A stretch of DNA of 63,944 bases, filler included, from Aduncisulcus paluster (lineage: Eukaryota): assembly GCA_024181965.1 (NCBI GenBank). It is 5 parts of 5 records of this genome, joined end to end, with 100 filler letters (N's around TTAATTAATTAA, not from the genome) between each part and the next. Parts side by side here need not be neighbours in the genome. Positions count along the whole stretch, not along the records: positions 43,499 to 62,301 come from BQXS01012621.1; positions 62,402 to 63,944 come from BQXS01012663.1; 3 more parts are not named here. One strand, given 5' to 3'. Below, one piece after another: positions 57,901-63,944 of the stretch (positions are counted from its first letter, which is position 1; each line of letters begins with the position of its first letter). The notes below the pieces were generated by a model that did no database searches, was not told the DNA's origin, and was given only the letters and a program-made list of their open reading frames with translations. The position numbers and the translations under genes are program-made.

Positions 57901-58361
57901 ATTTTCTTTTGTTCTTTTTTTCCAACCTCTGTTGTGATCCATCACATGCGCTTCAAATCTTTGATAACATCAAGGATCTTCTCGAAGGTTGTTTTGAGGC
58001 CATGAAATCCAAGAGAGCAGGATATGGAATTCCATTTTGGTGTAGACTCATTTCCATGCTCTCCACTGTTCCATCTATTGTTCCTCAAATATGTCCCAAA
58101 TATGTTGAGGCCATGAAATGGTGCAATGAGAATGGAAGGATTGAGGATTTATTGAGATTAAAGCTAATTGAAGCTGATGATACATTTCTTGATTTAATAG
58201 TTAAAGTTGGACCCAAGGATGTGACAGAAAAAGAAATTGATGAAGAAGAGAAAGGAGAAAAAGAAGGAGAAAAAGAGTATTGTACTATTTTTGATCACGA
58301 TTATCAAAGATATGTTGACAATTGTAAATACAAAGAGGAGGAAGAAACAGAACAATGGTAG
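54918..58361 (+). CDS. Orphan alpha-helical (ARM/HEAT-like) protein made of three ~350-aa repeats
   Basis: W..F.P.LDV.K, FFANL..(S/N/D)P..A.EVY..IKD, W..LIS..S..PSIV..L, M.WC.ENG each occur three times. Confidence 0.75.
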   Translation: MTEPSPTFCNPSILLELGKLRQDILSTSSQDAVKMLFSRCSDRIKDIFSNLSSSDSEISSNRGIFILCFDCLSLFMKHRVSHPSYLEKDTYVEVILDGVSIYIIMESFLSQMIRVESVLRNETLAKAPKELRSETEATRLNSITIALFRMLNISTCKVRVLRNTILPQISKLLANIFAFGLSKKLEETFVEDILMTCRTIAFAKDNLTKDSLLSILLPHILPWMKKYPDKKFFLHWSNILKNLTLDENNSKPHGDRCSQLWFVFHPVLDVIKDSASKGITFDDEAVIPCLCFFANLSDSPFRAFEVYDSIKDGLIDSWFEMVKMTKKEDDPHRLATRYWTNLISTLSNVSSIVPSLKCRYDEMMWCSENGGQAASHSRYIDNCFPLMKKWCDLGNKIQTCDSVSKSRLYYQYSGELFSVFYACQSKREIKDNMPVILICLKLLDLFIQHFPVSGDTVILPFRDIENIIDTFIDSITRVQESLEGFADEVYFGICLRYTHLALLENSHTMDSFLTRVTPSFKRFLEEGSEEEMDDKTSLRVFVTLSNHCISPNFKPRFQILSLIKPYVRGWLRVCDNVSVYAQIILIISLCTTSSDIESFGIVSPEKSLTSEAWPLFYPILDVVKVKSVWDKIVDGNRNCFVHFFVFFANLCCNPSHALEVYENTKDFLDVWFDTVKTDNNRMGIEFWARLISIFSSFPSIVSGLSPKYNTKMEWCFENGAKSEDYYQFIDNIAFRSLDIVDPFKKWVKLVGDIKKCRDPGSTSTLYHKYRDEIFSRFISLHSKSEIEEHKQEITLCAQCLNLFVRHIVSGKDIELPLYDLNHLVDTFLDHLARVEEVLKEAVDGEYCCISVIYSFKMRQTRDSFLLKILPTFKRIFERGSKDELGFINDLKFSTALDLLRTIRNISNSTCTSTKSHIFNLIKPNIKDWLEMYRSSEFYGHWMCILSHITLDKGNPNKSLCSEAWPLFHTVLDVVKREFVGDKIVQDAHNNNHDIDFLLFFFSNLCCDPSHALQIFDNIKDLLEGCFEAMKSKRAGYGIPFWCRLISMLSTVPSIVPQICPKYVEAMKWCNENGRIEDLLRLKLIEADDTFLDLIVKVGPKDVTEKEIDEEEKGEKEGEKEYCTIFDHDYQRYVDNCKYKEEEETEQW

Positions 58362-59147
58362 GAATATGAATAATCCATTTATAATTTCCCATATAATGTC
58401 ATATACTTTTTAACAAGAAATTTACTTCAACTTTACCAAATTTCTTATTCAATTTCCAATTTGATACCCAACTAGGAGACACATTCGAATCATCCTTTTC
58501 TCATATATTTTTGCCATGTTCTTATCATATTCATGCATTATCCCAATCTTATGGGTTCAATTTTTCACAAACTATGTTCAGATCCACTATTCCTGAACTT
58601 TCTGGAACTTGGGCCGAACCTTCTCTGACCAAACTCTCAAATACTCCATATAAGTATATTTTGAATCAATTTCAATTAAATTGTGGCATTCGTCTTCAAA
58701 AATCTGAGAAATCTCTCTCTATACATTTGTTCTTCTTGCTCATAATCCCTCGTTAACCCCAACTAAATTTGAATCGAGATTTTTGTGTTAATCTTTCCTC
58801 TTCTTATTCGTTAGGAAGAATAAGAGGAAAACAAAGAAGCTCCCTGAAACTCAAGAAGAACTCACGAATTCTTCCAAGAAATCAACATCAAAGTTGGAGA
58901 AGAAACCAAAACGAGTGGTACTAAAGACACTCTTGATGATCAAGACACATAAAAAAATTTACTTCAAGTTGCATAAAAAAAAACCAAGAATTGAATCAAA
59001 ACGTGTAAAATTTATCACTGTAAATAGATACTCTCAGATTCGTGAAGACTTTCTTTGAAAATTCCAATCAAGGTAAACCTTTGACAGCAAAAAGAATGTG
59101 AATGAAATCAACATTCTCCGCAGTAAACAACCAAAATTTCTCATCAC

Positions 59148-62100
59148 TTATTTCTTCTCGGAATGTCTTCTCTTACCAGTAGAAGTATAAGTGTTTTTCA
59201 CGTGTAGAAGCTTAGCATCGTGGATAATCACCTTGGCTTTCTTTCTTTGATTCTGGACATGGAGTTTGAAAGCTTTCTCTTTCTTGTCTTTTCTTTCACT
59301 CTCTCTCTCTTTCATGAGGCTAAAGAACCCATCATAACACTCATGGAGTTCCTTGTCGGGTACACTGTGCATCCCAACTAAAATGGGAATAATCCCTTGC
59401 TTCAGCAATAATATCAAGAATCTAGCGCTGGTTTCATGACTTTCACTCCAAAAATCGAACGTGTACTCAACCTGACTCCACTCAGTCTCTCCACCAATGT
59501 TATCAGTGACTCTCCTCAATCTGACAGCACACTTACTAGCAGTGTTAATGATCTGTGCCAGAGTGTTGTCAGCAGACATGGCGATCACCTTGAAACGGAG
59601 GGATTTACCCAAGGTCCTTGAACCATATTCTTGGATACTCAATATCCGACTCAATGGAACATTTCCTCCACACATCACACATACAACCTTGTCATGGGGC
59701 TTGACATGAACTTTTCCAAACATCAAGGCAGCAAGAGCAAGAGCACCAGCACCTTCAACAACTGTCCTGGAATGCTGAAGGAAGTGAGTCGCAGCAGCGG
59801 CAATCAAGTTCTCCTCAACTTCAACAAATTCATCGATCAAAGAGTACAAAATGGAATCATGGCGGCCTCCTGGCTCAGTAACAGCCACACCGTCAGCAAG
59901 GGTAAGATCATGATCAGGACAAAAGGCAAGCTCAGCGGTTTCCTTGAAACCATGGCAAAGAGGAGAGTATTTGCTTGCTTGGACACCAATAACACGAACA
60001 GGTTTCCCTCCCTTTCTTTTTGCAGCATATTGTTTCAAGAAAGTAGAAACACCAGATATGAGACCTCCACCACCGACAGCACACAGAACGACATCGACAT
60101 CTGGGACAGCCTCAGATATCTCAAGACCGATAGTACCCTGACCTTCCATCACACTGATTGCATCAAATGGATGCACAAATTTCCATCCCTTCTCATCACA
60201 GAACTTGTATGCAAGCTTTAAAGATTCCTCAAAACTATCTCCAACAGCTCGAACTTCAGCACCATGACGGCGCATAAACTCAAGCTTGGAGTCTGGAGCA
60301 TATGAAGGAGTGAAAATAACACATGGCATCCCAAGTTTCTTGCAAGCTCTGGCAACACCACCTCCATGGTTCCCAGCGGAACAACACACAAATCCCTTGG
60401 GTCTTTTCTCGACTCCAAGTTCAATCGCTTCCATATTCCTCACTATATAATTGGCACTTCCACGTTGTTTGAAGGATCCAGTTCGTTGGAGATTATCAAG
60501 ACCAATGAAAATATCAGCACCAACAATACGACTATAATGTGAGGATTTGTACATTGGCATCCGACGGATAAGTCCATCAATTCTCGTACGGGCCACTTTG
60601 ATGGTATCCATGGTAATATCTTGAATCACTCTGTCACTTTCTTTCTTCCAAGATTTCACAAGAGCTTTTCTTGCAGCCGATGCAGCTTCAGGCAAGTTCT
60701 GTGACACGTCAAATTGACAAGCTGCATACCCAGCGTGAATAGAGTGTCTCAAGGCCTTAGCAGAGACAAGAGCTCTTTCAAGAGCATTGGGGTTAATGAG
60801 GGTTTGAGCACCACTTTGAGTTGGATGCGTCAGATCAAAGTCAAACCCTTTAGACTTCAGAACAGTGTGAAGTTTGCGGAATTTTCCAAGAGAACCCAAA
60901 AGATGCATTGATGTGTTTTGAATACGACCATGGGTAGTGGCATCTACTCCATCAGTCCCTGCGACTGGGTGTCTCTTCTCTGTCTTAACACCCTGCACGG
61001 TGATTTTAAGACTCTTACAGAGATTGGTTACACGACTCAGCATTGCAGTCAGTGCTTCAATTTCACATCTTATCTTCAATCCAGCATAAACACCACTCAA
61101 GGCCATTGACATCTTTAAATTATCACTCAACTCAGACATAGTAATGGGACCACCAGGCACGAGAACGGCTACGACTTTAGTCTTATCAAGACCATGTCCA
61201 ATACGACCAGACAACACTGCAGCCAACCCAGTGGCAGATGGTCCACAAGTGTGTGTGTGTATGCAAGAGAGACTGAGTGAATGCATGTGATATCTCTTCC
61301 CTTGTGACACACACTGTACGAGTGACAATACCTAAAGATATCAAAGAATCTCCATTGACAATTTGATAGACGTCCTTGTTATGAATGAGAGCATTAGAGT
61401 CAAGCATAGCATACTCAAGAACAATGGCACCTCTGAAAGACAAGGGGGTTATGGTGAACGTAGGCCTACTTTTAACGGGGTTGATAGAAGGAGAAGGTGA
61501 AGCGGAGGTTACTCGTGTAAACTCACTGACAGTGGACAAAGGCGTTGTCTGCATCGGTGAGACACCAGTACTCGTGTTGGGACGAGCTGTGAAAGAACCA
61601 GTGACGTTATGATAGTACCCAGAGGTACCAACAGAATCTCCAATTTCATTCACAATCTCAACAAGACGAATAGGTACAGTTTGACAGATCATGGAACACT
61701 CCGTCTCGGTTAATGGAGTCATTCCGCCATCGAAAAGCTGGAATATAACTTCACACAACTCTTTCTCAGTCACATCTCCACTCTCATCCGTGTCAAAGTC
61801 CTCAAATACACAACCGACACTGGCTCGTTGCATTCTGGTCAGGAACCACTGACGTGAGGGAGCATCGTAAGAGACGAACGAGGAAGGTGGGACATGGGAT
61901 AATATAGACAGAGTCCTTTTGAGCATAGGAGAGGAGAGAGACAGGTCTTCAGAGTAACTTTCCTCTTCTTCTTCTTCCTCTTCATTCCCATCTTCTCCTT
62001 CCTCATCTTCTCCTTCCTCCTCTTCTTTCCTCAAAGCTTTCTTGGCTGCTGCAATGGCTTTCTTCCTCTTAACCTTACTGGACTGATACAAACGATCACC

Positions 62101-62321
62101 AGAAATACCGTAGATTCCCTCACTTTCCCTGGGTAAGTTCTCTCCTTCAACAGGCACAACAATGGGCCAATCGGTCGAATGTTTGAGACGGAAACAGTGG
62201 AAGAAAAGAGCAATGCCGGCGACTGTGCTCCAGCAAGAGGAGAAATGACGTCTAGGGACAACAACATGAGAGAGAATCTGCTTGGAGGAGTCACATGAAA
62301 ANNNNNNNNNNNNNNNNNNNN
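59148..62321 (-). CDS. ilvA: Threonine/serine dehydratase: degenerate PALP (with EF-hand insert) + ACT-like + catalytic PALP + ACT-like; 5'-truncated; frameshift in an (AC)n run at ~61250
   Basis: NLQRTGSFKQRG (PLP Lys), SAGNHG, HPFD, GQGTIGLEI, VGGGGLISG, TLADG, VEGAGA, CGGN; upstream frame open to the contig end with EF-hand DTDESGDVTEKE. Confidence 0.85.
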
Positions 62322-63944
62322 NNNNNNNNNNNNNNNNNNNNNNNNTTAATTAATTAANNNNNNNNNNNNNNNNNNNNNNNNNNNNNNNNNNNNNNNNNNN
62401 NCATGTTCCATGAAGCATCAGGGGATTAGATTCGTAGCAGTATACAGACACATGAAAAGCATCATATTCCGAGTTCTTGATATTTTTGATTGTAAGCAAA
62501 AGCAAGTGAAAATGAACAGAAATGCAAGGAGAAGGATAGAAATGAAATGGAAATATATCCATGTTATTGAATAGCATTGAAATCGTTCATAAGTGTTCTG
62601 GCTTCAATAAACTTCGTTTAGGCATTAAAATATTTTAGATAGATGTTCAATTAGACAAAATGACGATCATTTTCGATAATCGATATTGACCACTTTTTTC
62701 ATCATAATAAATGATTTAATTATTTTTATTTTTCAATTATTTTAATTAATTTTTTTTTAATTTTGTGATATAACACTCTTAACATCATATCTCGAAAGGT
62801 TTTTGTATCGGGCGTTTTCCAAATTTAGATGGACCTTAAATAAAAATATTTTTTATAATTATCATTTTTATTAACATTTATTTCATTTTTATATCATTTT
62901 TATGCAAGCAACATGTTTGCACCAAGTTCCCATTTTTATCTTCTTTATTTGTCAACATCGTGTCCTTAAAAGCGGTCTCCCTTGGGTCTGATCAACCCAG
63001 GGGAGGCGTAAGCCTTAATATTATTTATTTATTTTACTCCCCTTGACCCTCCTTGCTTCCCCCGGTGACCCCCCCTGTATTCCTGTTTCATTTCGTAAAA
63101 AAGGGGGGGTCCCCAACGATTTTTCTTTTTTTCTATTTTTTTATTTAATTTTCATAATTTAAGTAAATATTTCTTATTATTTTAGCATAAGCAATAATAA
63201 GATGAATAAGTTGTAATACTGGTTGTTTTACACTTGTAAAATCACCATTGCTTATTTCACCGGTATTACAACCTGTAAACAGTTGTGTTTCCAGCTGCAT
63301 TACAACTGTATCTCACCAAAAGTATTGGCTGTGATGGACCATGATTCAGAATTCTTTATTTTTATGACGGCAAACTCTGCTTTGTGCGAAAAGAAATAAA
63401 CAAAGACTTCCTTTTGATAAGTAATATTTTGCTATATAAATTTTTCTTTCAGAAAAACTTCAGTTTTTGGTTTAAAACAGAGGTCTCCAGACACGTCATA
63501 CAGGCGGTCTGGGATCAGTTTCCAAAGTCTTCATTTCATAATCCTTGAGACAGCACAGCTCTCTGCGACATAATGCACATCCAAGCCGGACCAGGAGTCT
63601 TTCTTTCCATTATGTTTTCTTTCCACCTCCTGCTCCTCTCACTAGTTTCTCACTCCTAGAGGCCCCAGGCGTGTTGAAATCAGATGCTTGCATTGCGATT
63701 CCATGAATGAATTTCAGAGCATAAGTGCCCATGAACCCATTTGATAACACAGCGAAAGGTTTAATTGGTAAATGCCGAAGGTCAGCATAGCTGCAATTAA
63801 CAAACATTGAGTTTAATTCATCCGTAGACATCTTTTCCGCTTTTTTCTTGTTTGGAGCATGTCTTGCTCAATAACCGGCTAAACCGGGATTTACCGAATA
63901 AAGTAAGTATCGGATTGATTTTGCCAGACTTCTAGTCAATTAGG

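Noticed and set aside
63610..63831. 73-aa ORF near the window end
   Set aside because: No recognisable motif and stops in the continuing frame; cannot be supported as a gene.

Overview
AT-rich, intron-poor eukaryotic draft genome. The genes (cyclin, V-ATPase c, eIF3d, short GT-AG introns, expanded orphan families) suggest an anaerobic protist, probably a fornicate/Carpediemonas-like organism such as Aduncisulcus; that assignment is an inference. The window is five pieces joined by artificial N-TTAATTAATTAA-N linkers (1-12097, 12198-35130, 35231-43398, 43499-62321, 62402-63944), so synteny across linkers is not meaningful. Pieces 1 and 4 hold host genes: LRR protein, cyclin, metallothionein, V-ATPase c, a type I membrane protein, PP4R1-like HEAT protein, eIF3d and a duplicated threonine dehydratase with an EF-hand. 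Piece 2 is a nest of chromodomain Ty3/Gypsy retrotransposons with very short LTRs, including one near-intact young copy and a nested hAT transposon. Two candidate new systems stand out. (i) Piece 3 has an intronless 'chromatin cassette': histone-H3-tail-mimic ORFs (H3 1-9 and H3 14-28), a SET/post-SET methyltransferase, an OTU-like protease with a WRKY/MULE-type Zn finger and a Gag-like ORF, sharing upstream motifs. (ii) All six 5' LTRs found lack a tRNA primer-binding site and instead have a perfect 14-20 bp palindrome at the LTR/internal junction that co-varies with the LTR end, suggesting tRNA-independent priming.
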